The notes under the pieces were generated by a model, which searched no databases, had not been told where the DNA came from, and saw only the letters and a program-made list of their open reading frames with translations. The position numbers and the translations under genes were made by a program. A DNA stretch of 64,000 bases from Blasia pusilla (lineage: Eukaryota): positions 7,564,001 through 7,628,000 of the forward strand of contig CM114271.1 in assembly GCA_050084515.1 (NCBI GenBank), given 5' to 3'. Shown piece by piece: positions 38,328 to 51,689 of the stretch. Positions within the stretch are counted from its first letter, which is position 1. The number at the start of each line of letters is the position of its first letter.

Positions 38328-40053
38328 TGTCGCGACCCTCATGACCAAACAAGTGCCAAGCGGAACATCGGAACATTAGCGGGCTCACGCTAAGATGGTT
38401 TGCGCGTTGGAGTTGTCTCAAAGAGGAGACAAGAGACGAGACGCGAGCGAGGAGTTGCGTTTCAGGTGTTATGGTCGCGACTGAAAAACCTGGACCAAAT
38501 GCGGAATGAGACTTGAAAGAAGTCGAGTCTAGGAAGTGGGTTGCCAAAGGGAAGATCTGGATTTGGAACGCCACTAGCGTTTGAGAGTTTCCGACTATAT
38601 TTATGGCCATAACTTTTAGTGCCGAGATGCATTTGGAGTAAATAAGGGTGCATTAGAAAGCTTATGGAGATTCAGTCCAAACGCACTAAAGATCGTTGCA
38701 AACGCATAAGCAGAGGACAAGATACAACCCGAAAACAACTGTAAGTGGAGTCGGGTTGAGGGCCACAATGAAGGGCCCGACCCTCTTTTCCCAAAGGGAA
38801 GGGGTTATTGGAGAATCCCAGAAGTACTAGTAAGAGGGAAGGTCTCCGAGAGTGCTTGGAACCCAAACCCCACTTTGGGCGCCGCGGGGCCAGTGGGCCC
38901 AAACTCAGGGGAAAGGACGGAGTCGAGCCAGACATTGGACTTGTTGAAGGTGTTGGTGGAGCAGATGTCCCAGCAAAGCAAGCGGATTGCAGAGTTAGAG
39001 GCCACTCGAAACCCGGGTGTGGGCAAAAAGCTCTGCAAGACGAACCTACCCACGCCATTCACGGGAGTGGGACGCTCGCGGAAAGTGAATGATTTCCTTA
39101 CGGAACTGGAACTGTACTTCGAGGCGCAGAGGGCTGTTGAGCAGGACAAGGTGACGGTAGCCGTTACTTTCCTGAAGGATCATGCTCTACAATGGTGGAC
39201 AACTGAATGAGAGGAATATCTGGGCGGCGAGTCACCTCTGAGTTGGGAGGAGTTCAAGGAGCTGATTGGGGATTGGTTCAATCCGAAGTACCAAGGGTTG
39301 CGCGACACGGTGGAATGCGTTCGGATGCGGCAGAGTGGGTCCTTAAGCGCGTGTGTGAGGGAGTTTAGTGCAAAACTGACTTCAAGTCCAAAGATGGATG
39401 AGCACGCGAAGAAGGCTATCTTCATTAGCGGACTCAAGCCGAGCGCTGAAAAGACCCTGTACCGAATGCCGACGTTGCCAGAGACCTGCGCGGATCTTCT
39501 GAAGCTAGCGGAGCGGATTGGGGACGATGAGGTCCAAACCCAGAAACCCTTCGAGCCAAAAGGTTTTTCGAAGAAGTCTAAAAATAAGGAGACGTTCAAA
39601 AGAGGCTGGAGTGGGGGTCAGCACGAACCAGGAGAGTCGTCTACCCCGGCAGCAAAACGAGTGGAACTTCATGCAAAACCGAAAGGAGGACAACACTCAA
39701 AGCCAGGGAACGGCAAGGTCGTATGCTACAATTGTGGCGAACCGAGGCACCTGTCGAAAGGGTGTTCGAAACCGAAGGTTAGTAAAGGGAGTATGATTGC
39801 GTTTGGTGCTAAGCATCTGTTGGCGGGCGATCTCGAGACGTCCCTTCAAGTCACCAAGAGGACGCACAATTTGGTGTACCTAAGATCCAAGATTGCTGAT
39901 CGCGATGTGTTGTTGCTCGTGGAAACAGGTGCTTCGCACTCCTTCCTAAGCCCGAGAATCGTGAAGGAATTCGGGCTGTCTACCTCTAAGGCGGACGAGC
40001 CCATTCGAGTGGGATTTGCAGGAGGCAAGGAATCAGAAGTCTCATCGGACTTC
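38328..40053 (+). mobile_element. Nested fragment of the chromovirus Gypsy family: partial LTR (38328 to about 38888) fused to gag-PR
   Basis: Starts TGTCGCGACC and is the reverse complement of part of the LTRs at 49278-50273 and 59804-60803. Gag reads FLKDHALQWW and CYNCGEPRHLSKGC; protease reads LVETGASHSF. Confidence 0.9.
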
Positions 40054-40289
40054 TGATTTGGTCTTGGGTCATAGTACCCGGAACCATGCTCAATGTTGTG
40101 GCTACCATCTCCTAGCGTACGTGCAAAATATTCCAAGAAGTCCAAGGGTGTCTCTCCCGATCACCCTTGGTGTGTCGATCTCCTTGGGTCTTGCCCCCAG
40201 CCATTGCCTCGACCGTCTTCGTAGGCATGGGGCTCACCAATGCAACTGCTGTGATTTGTCACATCCTCAAACAACGCTGCTCAACTACT

Positions 40290-41245
40290 CCTAAGCTGAA
40301 AATCCATGTCAAGCAGTTCAGGTCAATTGCATGACCTAAGACATGACATCGTGATGCCTCTGATAGAGACGGTACAACCGTCACTCCTGTGGGGAATCCC
40401 ATTGCTCGCTCTCACTTATTGGCGTTGAACTCCACCAACCTCTTTACCTGGTCATCCCAAACCAAGCCAGGTCCAACCTCCTTGAATGCATAGGAAGCGG
40501 GAAAACTCACCAATGTGGGAAAGGCTTCCTGTGGCATGCCAATCCTGTTGATCACAGTCAACGGCGATTGATCATCTAGCCTCACTCCCTATGATCAATG
40601 GCCCGGATCCAATATAGAATCCATCAACAAATTGGATGGGTGCTCCACTCTTGCATATGCCCTCCGCAACACCTCGTGTGGTACCAAGTTGGTCCACCAA
40701 AGATGCGGGCGATGTGGTCGTGAACCCACACTCACCGCATCCAACAAAACTATCGGGCCAATCCATGCACGCACCTGATGTGCACTTGTCATCACACGGG
40801 ACCTTGAATCGCCCAAAATTGGTACATTCTCCATAATGTATGTTGGAGGATGAGATTAGTGCTCTTGCTAGTATCACAAGATCCGCATCATCTCCCAAAA
40901 CAACATGGACCGAGAGTGAGCTAATCCGCTACCTCGTCCAGCACTCGACAGGCCCTGATATGGCCAACCAACAATGATCAAGTCTATGGTCCCTACCCGC
41001 TCCAAGTCTTGCATCCCCAACAATGAAATGTCCCTTGGTAGGGAAGTCTAGTAACCCTGAATGGCGAATGCAGACAATAAGTCCAGAAAATGGAGGCATA
41101 ACTGCGCCACAAAGTGAAGCGCGCCTTGCAACATCATCAATCTCCACATACAGGTACTACTGCACGCGCACTCCAGCCTGCAAAACAAGAGCTAACCCAA
41201 TGTTGATCCCTCCAAAGAGATCCAACACCCGAATACCCTTCTCTG
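40290..41245 (-). pseudogene. DNMT3-like C5-MTase domain, copy 2 (catalytic Cys changed to Tyr)
   Basis: GIRVLDLFGGINIGLALVLQAGVRVQ*YLYVEIDD, DLIIVGWPYQGLSSAGRGSGL, MENVPILGD, LDAVSVGSRPHRPHLWWTNL and ERAMGFPTGVT. Confidence 0.92.
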
Positions 41246-41669
41246 GGATGCACCACACAATCGGGTTGTTGTCCAAAGGGGCCATAGCAGCACTCCTGGC
41301 TACCTAGGATTCTTCTGACCCGTCACACTCTGGTGCAAACGTCTCGCTCCACGCGGTCTGCACATGCTCAGTGGCTAAGCGTCAAAGCGTCAAAGCTCCT
41401 TAATCGAGCCCCAAAGCGGCACCTCTCCTCCACGGTCTGATGCGGCTACCATGACACTTCTCTCCATAGAAATGTCAGGAATGGGAGTATCCTCTGCATG
41501 GACATGTCCCTCAATCAAATCACTTGGCCAAGTGATGGCACTGCTAAATGCTGCTAAGGTCGCCACCTCTCCTCGCCGTCACTCAATCACTGCATCTGTG
41601 AATCGAGCGGGTAATGAGCTAAGGCGCCCATCACTTGACTATCATCCTGGTCCATAGGACGGTGGATCC

Positions 41670-44190
41670 TCCTAGTAATCCAGGGAAAACCCCATCGGAT
41701 AGAACACTGCACCACCAACCAAGACGTTGTAGGACTCTACATCAGTCACTATTGCCTTTGCTCGCACCACGGACTCATCTGTAGGATGTCCCGGGCAAAT
41801 CCTCACCATTACCTCATATCGGGTGATATACTGTGTGGTACTTGCTCCACCCAAGGATGTCTATATCTGGAATGGACAACGTTCCACATCGACTCTTGTC
41901 AAGCCCAATCCTCTTAATGACGCTTTCCCCAACATCAAGGGTTGCGTTGCTTAATCCAACAAGACGCGTTGCGGACTAAAAGCTCTACCTCCGAGTGTCA
42001 CCAATTGGAAGACCTCTCTTTGGTTATCCAGCAACACAACACCAAGAGAAGTCATGGCACGCTTTATCGCGGGTCTAGCGGGCATCTCCGCCATCCCTGC
42101 AGCCGCAGCCTGCCATGAATCTGACGTGGACGGCTGGAGCATCCGCTCGAAGGGCAGGTCCATAACCTCCTCTGCAATAACTTCTGAATGTGATGCAAGA
42201 ACTCCAACTCCAGGCTCACATAGCATAGCGGCCAGCCGAAACACCTTGGCGGGCGTACCTCCCAATGTCATAACATCGAAAGCAAAAAATAGTGGATCAC
42301 GGTATACCATTGTGGCCGCACCCAACATCGTACTCGACAGATGCTCCTCTTGAGCATTAGCAATAGGAGTCATCACACTCGTTTCTCCCATTGCCCTCTA
42401 TGCTTGCACACCAATAACATCACCAACTCTCCAAGAACTCTGATCAGGACCCATCGATGGGGTCCTCATTGCCTCGGACAATGTGAAAGACTGAGGAAGC
42501 TTGGTTTGTTTCCTAGCTTCCCCTTGTTGTGGATCCAACTTTGTGACTGCTCCATGCGTCACAACTATGGCGGCCTCCATTTGACCAACCCCGCACATCT
42601 AACCAGGATCCTCCATATCTCTGGCTGCTCCATATGATGTCGATGCCACGGATTCGGCATCGTGTAACCTCAATGCCATAGTACCAATCTACTCCTGTAG
42701 CTGTTGTTTCTGAGCAGCCATCCCAGCCTCATGCCCGGTGTCTCCCTCGACGCGTCTAGGTGGTGGGACTCTACCTTCTCCACAAGCAACTCCACCACCT
42801 TTTCGCGAAACTCCAGGTCCTCGTCCCCCAACGGGACCACCTGGTGCACGATCTCTAGGCCCACCCAGACCGGCTACTTGCTCTGGTGCCCTCTCTGGCC
42901 CTCGGTCTGGACGTAACTCAGGGTATAAACTGAAACACATGGTGCATGTGTGACCATACCTCTAATAATAGTCACACTTATAACCTCCTGATGCAACACC
43001 ATCTCCTCCTTCATGCTGAGGCACATGTCCATGACCCTAATGAGTGCAATCACGCTGATGATGTGCTCCACCACATGACCAACAAGTAATCATAGGCAGC
43101 TATTGTTGAGTTGCATATGAAGGCGCAGGTCTCTATGGCACGGCCTCCCGATATCCTCCCTGAGCTTGTGGTGCCACAGTCGACCTATCTCGGAGTCCAC
43201 GTCGCTGCACAAGTGGTGTAGACAATCGTGACTGCTCTCGCCCAAAACCCATGGTGGCTATGCTCTCCTCCGCCATGTTGCGCTCAATGTTCTCAGTAGT
43301 CCTAAAAACATCTCTCAACGTAGGGGAGGTGTTCATAAGAAGCACCCCTCCCGCACTCGTGTCCGTAGGGTCTTATCTGCATTACGTACCATGATTGGAT
43401 AGCCTAAGCCTCTCTCACCCCTTGAGTGACGTTGATCAATCCATGCAAGCGAGTGTAAGCCTCACGCAAACTCTCACCCGGGCACCTTTGGAAGTCCTGG
43501 ATGCTCCGCAACTTCTCTGTCCGTACCCCTTGGTAGATCGCCCTCAACTCAGCGAAGAACTCAACCACGGAGTTGAACGTGGGATGGACCCGACTAGATG
43601 GTGCAACAGCTCCACTACAAGTGATCCCTCCTAAAACATCCCTAGTGGAAGAGGAAGTAGCCTCTCTTGACTCCTCCTCCTCATCTGGGAACGGCTCCAT
43701 CCATGACACATAGTGAGGGTCATAGTAGAGTTGCCATGCCTCAATCTCCTAGGCATATCTGTGGGAGAACTCATGGTAATCGTCCATGGGTGCCCCTCCT
43801 AAATGCTCGAACATACCGTTCCATGCTGTAAACGGGTTGAACTCTCTAGAGTTCCTAGCCCGTTGTGAGTCACACCAACTCCTAACCTTCTCAATGAAGT
43901 CGTGTAGCTCTATAGTGCCTACAGCACCTGAAAACCTACGCGATCCTCTACCCTGGTCATCCATCTCGTATGCCCAACTGGTAGGACCACTCAATGTGTA
44001 TGGTGGATCACTAACACACTCCTCTACATGCTTCCCCTCGTCTGAAGACAACACAGAAAGAGATCGAGGTGGTCTCTCACGTGGAGACCATCGAAACCTC
44101 GCACCACTCCGGGTGAACCCTCCATAGCTACTCCTAGGTCCACTACCTCGCCTCTCAAAATCCTGAAAGGACGCTGTGATGACCCTCATG
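41670..44190 (-). pseudogene. gag and protease of MTase-Gypsy copy 2
   Basis: ORFs 43749..44189, 43404..43709, 41951..42391 and 41672..41854 are homologous to copy 1. Confidence 0.8.
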
Positions 44191-46215
44191 CCCCTCTCAC
44201 ATGATCACTCTCGATCTTGCGAGTAATCCCTCAATCACTCAAACTAAATATGCGGCACTCAATCTACCATCTCTCACTGAGACGTGTGCTATGCGGCAAC
44301 AAGCCGTGTGGTGCGGCAAATCAACTGATCTATCATCTCATCGACAAACCATCCTCAACTCTTGACATCCCACATAGCTCTATGTCCCCTAAATCCATAC
44401 ATCATCGATGCTCTCAACATCAGCACGGAACCCAATACCCAAAAATCCCTCACGCATGCAGGGTAAGAGACCACAATGGATAACTTGACAATAATGTCGA
44501 TGTCGCTCCTCAGCAACTACAAATCTCAACCCCAACTTGATCGTGAAGACAATTCCTCCAATCAACAAGTCGTACTCCTCTCATACTGACCCCGCTCAAA
44601 CCTCCTCGATGTGCGGTGCAGGTCCCGCAGTCCGATGCGGCACGAAACGGCTACAAACGGCACGACACTCGGGAATGGGATGCGACACTTGGCGGCATAC
44701 TCTCCTCAATCAGAAATTCCCACGCTCTACTCCTTAGTGAAGGAGCGGCTCCATGATCGAGAAGATGCGTTCCGACCACGAGCGGCATAGCGCGGCAATC
44801 GGTGGTGCGTTGCGGCTACGGGCGTCACCGCACCGCAACAATCACAACATAGCAACATGAAATGAAAACTCAAATACCATAACCCGAGGTCACCTGCCAT
44901 CATACGTTGATGATAAAACTACAATGACGGTGGCAGCCAAAACAAAGTATGTGATGGCGATGCAAGTCAGAGAATCAAGGATCGTCGTGGAAGACCCGCC
45001 ACTCCGTAATGACGGAAATGGCAACCAAGGGTGGACAACAGCCAAACGTGGCTCTGAGTAGCGCTAAGCGGCGGCGGCGGTGGACGGTGGACAGTTGATG
45101 GTGATGGTTGACCATTGATGGTGACGGTTGACGGTCGATGGCGGACCGTTGATGGTTACTATGTGTGGCGACAATCGCCGCCAGTGCGGTGGCTGGTTTA
45201 GGGTTTGAATAATTTTACCCTAAAAATCACCTAGCACTGAAAATTTTGCAAGATTGACCATAACCTTTTTTTTTGCAATCCAAATTGGTCACCATTTGTT
45301 GCACAACGTGCACAGCTTCACGATCTACAACGACGTCAAATTTTGAATCGGATCTTCGTGTAAAAATTGACAGGGACTCTTGTAAAGCCCCACATCTCTT
45401 TCTCCTACACAAAATTTGGCAGCGCTTCTACGCTGATTTCTCCCAAAGAAAATGTAAAACCTATGAAAATGAAAATCAGCAAGGTATATGGTGCTCCCAA
45501 GAGCTCTGGCATAGAGAAATTCGCCCTCATACTCAATTACTATCAAAAGTTGGGCAACGCTTCCCCGCGCCACTCTTCCACACAAAAAATCGGCAAAGGA
45601 AACATAAAAAATGAGCGGCTCCGGCTCCGGTGAGCACTCCCATGAACCCCAACCTCCAAAACCAGCAAGTGACCAGTGAGCTCCCCCTTGAAGCTCTCTC
45701 ACTCATCTCATTCTCTCTTTGTAAATCAAGATCCAATCTCTCTCAATACCATCGCTCTCAAATATATGCATTCTCATATGTCTCTCTCAATATCAAACCA
45801 AACCCACTCTCCTAATGAGAGGCTTGGGTTACACACACAAGGCAAGCAAGACCATAGCTCCGTCGCCTCATGCCAAGAGGTTCAACAAAGAGAGAATGAG
45901 CTCTCAAGCTCTCTCTCCTTGAGGTATACTCCTCCCCTTTCCCAAGCTCTCTCCATGGTAACATGTGCTCCTAAGTCACCTCCTTGGCTCTTGACCTGAT
46001 GTAGGAGGTCAAGGGCCACTACAAAAAAATAGAAAGTCGACCATATACTCAACATGGTACTTACCTAAAATAGTAAGTTCCTCAATATGGCTCCAAATGA
46101 GCCGAAACAAAGGTTTCCTGGGGCCTCAGTAGGTCATCCTCAACCTCTCAAGTCAGCCTCCACTACTCGCAAAGGCAATCTACTACATCTCACCAATCTA
46201 TACTAAAAGACATGA

Positions 46216-46349
<134 letters not shown>

Positions 46350-48480
46350 GAAGATCCACACCCTCTAAGTGCAAGAGAGCCTTCCCAACCCCACATCCCC
46401 CATATTTCAGCTCAATCCAACGGTGGAAGCTTGGGATGCCTGGGTAAGAAGACCAAAATTCAAAGAAGACTATGATCATCAATCGTAAATCACTCATATT
46501 CCTCTTTCTTCTTCAATTTTTGGCCCTTCTCTTCTTCCTGAGGCCCAAAAATTATGAAATTTTGTCACATAATGCAATTCAGTGTGAGGATTCCAATTGA
46601 AAAAATAAATTCTAAAAATGACCAGGTGAGGGAATTAAAAATCAAAAACCCTTAATATGGTATCCTAATTTTAAATTGAACATGAAGTATGATATAGACA
46701 ATCTGCACCATCCAAGGATAAGAGGGCATTCCCAAACCCATATCCCTAATGTTTCAGCTCAATCCAACGGTGGGACCTCCGAATTCTTGGGTCAGAAGTT
46801 GTCCCTTGAAGGAAGACTTGGAAAATGATTATAAATCACTCGTATTCCTCTTTCTTCTTCATTTTTAGGCCCTCATCTTCATCCTTAATCTCATAAATCA
46901 TGAAATTTTGTCACAACATGCTTCAGCCTCAAGATTCCAATAGAAAAAGAAAATCTCCAAATGACTACACATAGAGGGAGGTAAAAATAGAAAACCCTAA
47001 ATGTGGTTTCCAAATTTTAAATTGAACATAGAGTATGATTTGGAATATCCATACGGTCCAAGCTCAAGAGAGGATTCCCAACCCCATATCTCTCATGTCT
47101 TAGCTCAATCCAAGGATGGGAGCTTGGGGTGTGTTGGTAAGAAGACCTAAATTCAAAAAAGACTTGGAACATTACTAATAAATCACTCATATTCCTCTTT
47201 CTCCCCTCCACCCTCAAGAAGGATTCCAAAACTCAGGAAAGTTTTCCCATAGGGGCACCCCAACCCCAGGATCACAAGGGAAAAGAAACAACTTCAAATG
47301 ACCACTCACACATGGAATTAAAAATCGTAAACCCTAGAAAAGGTCTTTCATTTTTGTATGAGCATGGGGGACCAAAGGGCAGATCTGAACCGTTGAAGTA
47401 TTGTAAAGGTTTAATTCAAAGGCTTGTGCCAAGTTTCATGACCATCCAATTGTTAGAAGAAAAGATAGCTGTATGTTAACATGAAAATGACATAACGACT
47501 TGGAACAATCCTACTACAAGTCCTCTTCGTCCTTCTTGACCCCCCATTTTCTCCCCTCCACCCTCAACCAGGGGTCCAAAAATCAGAATTTTATTCCCAA
47601 AGGGGCACTTAAATTAGAGTAACGCAAGGGGAAAGAAAAAACTACAAATGACCACTCAAACATGGAATTAAAAAATCGTAAACCCTAAATAAGGTCTTTC
47701 ATTTTTGGTATGAGAGTGGGGAGCTAAAAGGCAGATTTGAACCGTTGAAGTTTTGGACAATGAAAAGGTTTGTGATAATTTTTATCACCATCCAATGGTT
47801 GGAAGAGACAAGAGCTCCATGTTAACATGAAAATGACACAATGACTTGGAATAAATCCTACTAAAAGTCCTCCTCTTACTTCTTGACCACCCATTTTCTC
47901 CCCTCCACCCTCAACCAGGGGTCCAAAAATCAGGAAATGTTTCCCGAGGGAGCATTCCAACCCCATGCACATAGGGAAAAAGAAAAATAAATTCAAATGA
48001 CCACTCACACATGGAATTACAAATCGTAAATCCTAAACAAGGTCTTTCATTTTTTGTATGAGTATGGGGAGTTAAATGGTAGATCAGAACCGTTGAAGTC
48101 TTGTAGAGATTTAATGAAAAGGCTTGTCCCAATTTTCATTACCATCCAATGGTTGGAAGTAAGGATAGCTCCATGTTAACATGAAAATACCATAAAGACT
48201 CGAAATAATTCTACTCGGAGCCCTGCTCTTCCTTCATGAAACCTCCTACTCAACACCATGAAATGGTTGGAAACAAAGATACCTTCCATGTTAACATGAA
48301 AATGGCATATATACTTGGAAAAATCCTACTGAAATCCCTCCTCTTCCTTCGTCATCCCTCTTTTTCTCCCCTCCCCCCTCAATTAGGGGTCCAAAAATCA
48401 AGAAACTTTTCCCAAATGGGCACCCCAACTCCACAAACACAGAGAAAAAAATAGTGTTGAGACTTAGGGTAAGAAATTCT
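46350..48480. repeat. Two consecutive arrays of tandem units of about 350 bp in the CACTA right arm
   Basis: AGCTCAATCCAA at about 46409, 46756 and 47102. CTCCCCTCC(A/C)CCCTCAA at about 47201, 47552, 47899 and 48367. Confidence 0.8.
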
Positions 48481-48754
48481 ATCCCAAATAAAAAAAAACA
48501 TGATAGCATTGGAGCATGAAATCCTTTAAACATATCAGTTGTTGTTTATGACTCCATATTACTAGGCGAGTGAAACAAGTATGACTCGTCTTAACTAAAG
48601 GGTATTGATAACTACATTAGTCATAAGAAGATGACTAGGTGAGTTGCATGAACGTAAATTTTATGACTAAACCATTTTAGTCATAATTTCAGTCATTCTT
48701 TCGGTAAGTCATTTAAAGTCTAGTCATAAAAACCACCCATTTCTTCTAATGTTA

Positions 48755-51257
48755 CCACCAATAGAATATGGCTTAAGAAAACCAAGTCGCCTAGTACTAA
48801 TAAAATGACCAACACCCATCCCATCCAAGAAACTCTCTTTCATTATCAAAAGGTAAGAGAGAAGAGTATCGGCCTCGCAATGATTTCTTTCGTCTCGAGG
48901 GCATGTAAATATACTAAATTTTGAAAGGGCTATAACACTATTTGGATCATTCAAAAGGAGGGAAGGGTTCCCAATGTCCACCAAGACTGTATTTTTTGGG
49001 CACGAGAAGTTTCTGAACTCTTTGACAAAGTGAAAAAATCGTAGATGTTTCACATACTTCATGCGAGTCCCCTTTTGAATAGAGCAGTCACGCACCGACC
49101 AAAAATAATTTGCCCTTCTTGACAAAAGATTCACACAAATAGCTCAAATTGGCCAGCCTTACAAGCATTTCAAGTGCATCTTCCTTACTCATCGTTGTCC
49201 AAATCCCATAAAGATATTCTCTCTCTATCATGTTAGTTAGTAGCCTAATGTGAGGGAGGACACATATAACCCGTCCATGTCGCGCCCCTACTCTCCTTGA
49301 ACGTCAATCTTTAGTGTTGCGGAAGCGTGCGTTCAGTAGGTCACGAACTCATCGCCGATCTGCACCCAAACACGCCCTCTCGTTAGTCGGGTTTGGGCCA
49401 ACCGGCGTTCCAACCCACCGAGTCCTCAACTCGGCGTCTCATCAAGCTCAACCTTCCTTAGTTCCTAGCTTCCAAAACATGGCAAGTCCTTCAAGACTTG
49501 GAACAGGACTTCTGGTTAGTCGAGGATCGAACGGCACTAACGGCGCCTAGCGATCCCAACATTCAACGGTCCTCGGGTGAGTTCGAACCGAGATCCAAGT
49601 AATTGAGTCGAGGGTGGAATCCAAGAGGGATGTCTAAATCGCCTCACTTTGGACTTGGTGCAGGGTTTCCAACCCAACCCCAAACTCGCGTTCCGTTCAC
49701 GCCCTTGAGCGCCCAGCGGTGCTCAAAGTGGGGTTTGGGTTCCAAGCACTCTCGGAGACCTTCCCCCTTACTAGTACTTCTGGGGTTCTCCAATAACCCC
49801 TCCCCTTTGGGAAAAGAGGGTCGGGCCCTTCATTGTGGCCCTCAACCCGACTCCACTTACAGTCGTTTTCGGGTCGTATCTCGGCCATTGCTTATGCGTT
49901 TGCAGCGATCTTTGGTGCGTTTGGACCGGCTCTCCATAAGCTTTCCAACGCACCCTTATTTTCTCCAAACGCATCTTGGTGCTAAAAGTTATGGCCATAA
50001 ATACAGTCGGAAACTCTCAAACGCTAGTGGCGTTCCTAATCCGGATCTTCCTTTTGGCAACCCACTTCCTAGACTCGACTTCTTTCAAGTCTCATTCCGC
50101 GTTTGGTTCAGGTTTCTCAATCGCGACCATAATACCTGAAACGCGACTCCTCGCTCGCGTCTCGTCTCTTGTCTCCTCTTTGAGACAACTCCAACGCGCA
50201 AACCATCTTAGCGTGAGCCCGCTAATGTTCCGATGTTCTGCTTGGCACTTGTTTGGTCATGAGAGTCGCGACAGTCCATCTCCTGACAGCAACTAGGAAA
50301 ACAAGGCATTATTTCCCCTTAGACCAAAGGGATATGGTTGGCTATCCCTGTCCATGATTTGGAAAAGAATTCCATTGATTTCGAGGATAGGAAGGGGCCT
50401 AAGAGATTTCACCTATCCACCAACCAAGGCAGGATATTAGCCTCTCAAAGAGAGAATTAGAACTTGAGTTCCACCAAGAAATATTCATTCATTGAACTAT
50501 CACAATGTTAGTGCTTACCTTGTTGGCTGAAGGTCGGAGTGCAATATTTTGACTTGCAGCAAGCTCCTTTGGATCAAAGTAGCGTCAGTAGTCACTAGGT
50601 TGCGTGACACATTTCACTATTAGGAAAAATCCCGAATTTATAGCTGAAAGAATGGTTCACAATGGGTAGGTATTCACATTACCTTCCTAGAATAAGAGAA
50701 CAACTTATAATGTCGGATGAACTCCCACGGAGTTTGGAAGTGGCTGTTGGATATGCTGAGCCGTAGAAATTTGAGATAGTTTATCAACACTATCTTTTGA
50801 CAGTGATGCCTTCCATTTTTGCATCTTCAAAAAATGCTCTACACTATCACGGTGGTTCTCATTTCCAACCATGTCAAAAAAAAATCTCTTGCTAGTTGTC
50901 CAAATCCAACCAACCTCTACATGACTCCTCAAATTGGTTCAATAGTTTGAATGGAGCTACTCAACCTTCACCCAGAGTGTCATTTGCAAGTCCCAAAGTG
51001 AACTCAATCAGGGGAAGATTACTCTCATGTAATTGCTTTGAAATTGCAACCTCCATTTTGGCTAGACCATCGGCATTCTTACACATCCATAGGCCCAAAC
51101 CAAAGTAGTCATTGGCTATGTGGAGAAATTCGGCATACCCGGGTCTCATTCTAATATTCTTTAAGTTGTCGTTGTTTTGATAAGCAGGGCAGGAAAGCAA
51201 GACCTCGTGTGATTCAAAAATCACCATGATTTTACCAGATTTGGGTCGAGTCTGCAT
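48755..51257 (-). pseudogene. Degenerate FCP1/NIF (HAD-like) domain coding remnants, interrupted by a solo LTR
   Basis: KIMVIFESHEVLL...MRPGYAEFL...FGLGLWM, VLPHIRLL...LYGIWTT and YVKHL...KNTVLVD...LLNDPNSVI resemble the NIF layout. The catalytic DxDxT is absent. Confidence 0.45.
49278..50273 (-). mobile_element. Solo LTR of the chromovirus family
   Basis: Ends TGTCGCG...CGCGACA, GTCCA TSD on both sides, highly similar to 59804-60803. Confidence 0.95.
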
Positions 51258-51689
51258 TAGAGATATCTTTGATCAGAATCCTAGGATAAAAAAAGTACGA
51301 ATGCGATGCAAGGGTGTAGGAGAGAATAAAAGACAACATGTAAGGGCATAATTCTTTCATTTCAACTATCAGAATGGTAGCATTACAAAAAAATTGCACA
51401 CCTCACATGCAAAGGGGATAGTATTGTTGCAAGAGAGAGTAAGAGAGGAAGATGTGAGAAAATAGAAAGTGACGAAATCACTGAAATCTTTACAAAACTT
51501 AGAGATACAAAGTGGGCTAGTCCATCCGTGCGCTCACAGAAGAGCTTCGATGGAACCTCAACATGGAGATAACTCGACATACGAGAATACGCTACCGCTG
51601 CGGCTTCCCAGTGTATCACTACTCGGGAAACTAGGGTTTTTACCTATTTTTCTTATTTTCTATTAATAGAAATTTTTTCAAATTTTACA

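Noticed and set aside
45738-45751. TGGTATTGAGAG as a Met PBS of the MTase-Gypsy
   Set aside because: It is not preceded by an LTR-ending CA, and the homologous site lies inside the 3' repeat near 35480.
49603-50139. ORFs repeated at 38672-39058, 49603-50139 and 60160-60669 as a gene family
   Set aside because: They lie within LTR copies and show no recognisable domain.
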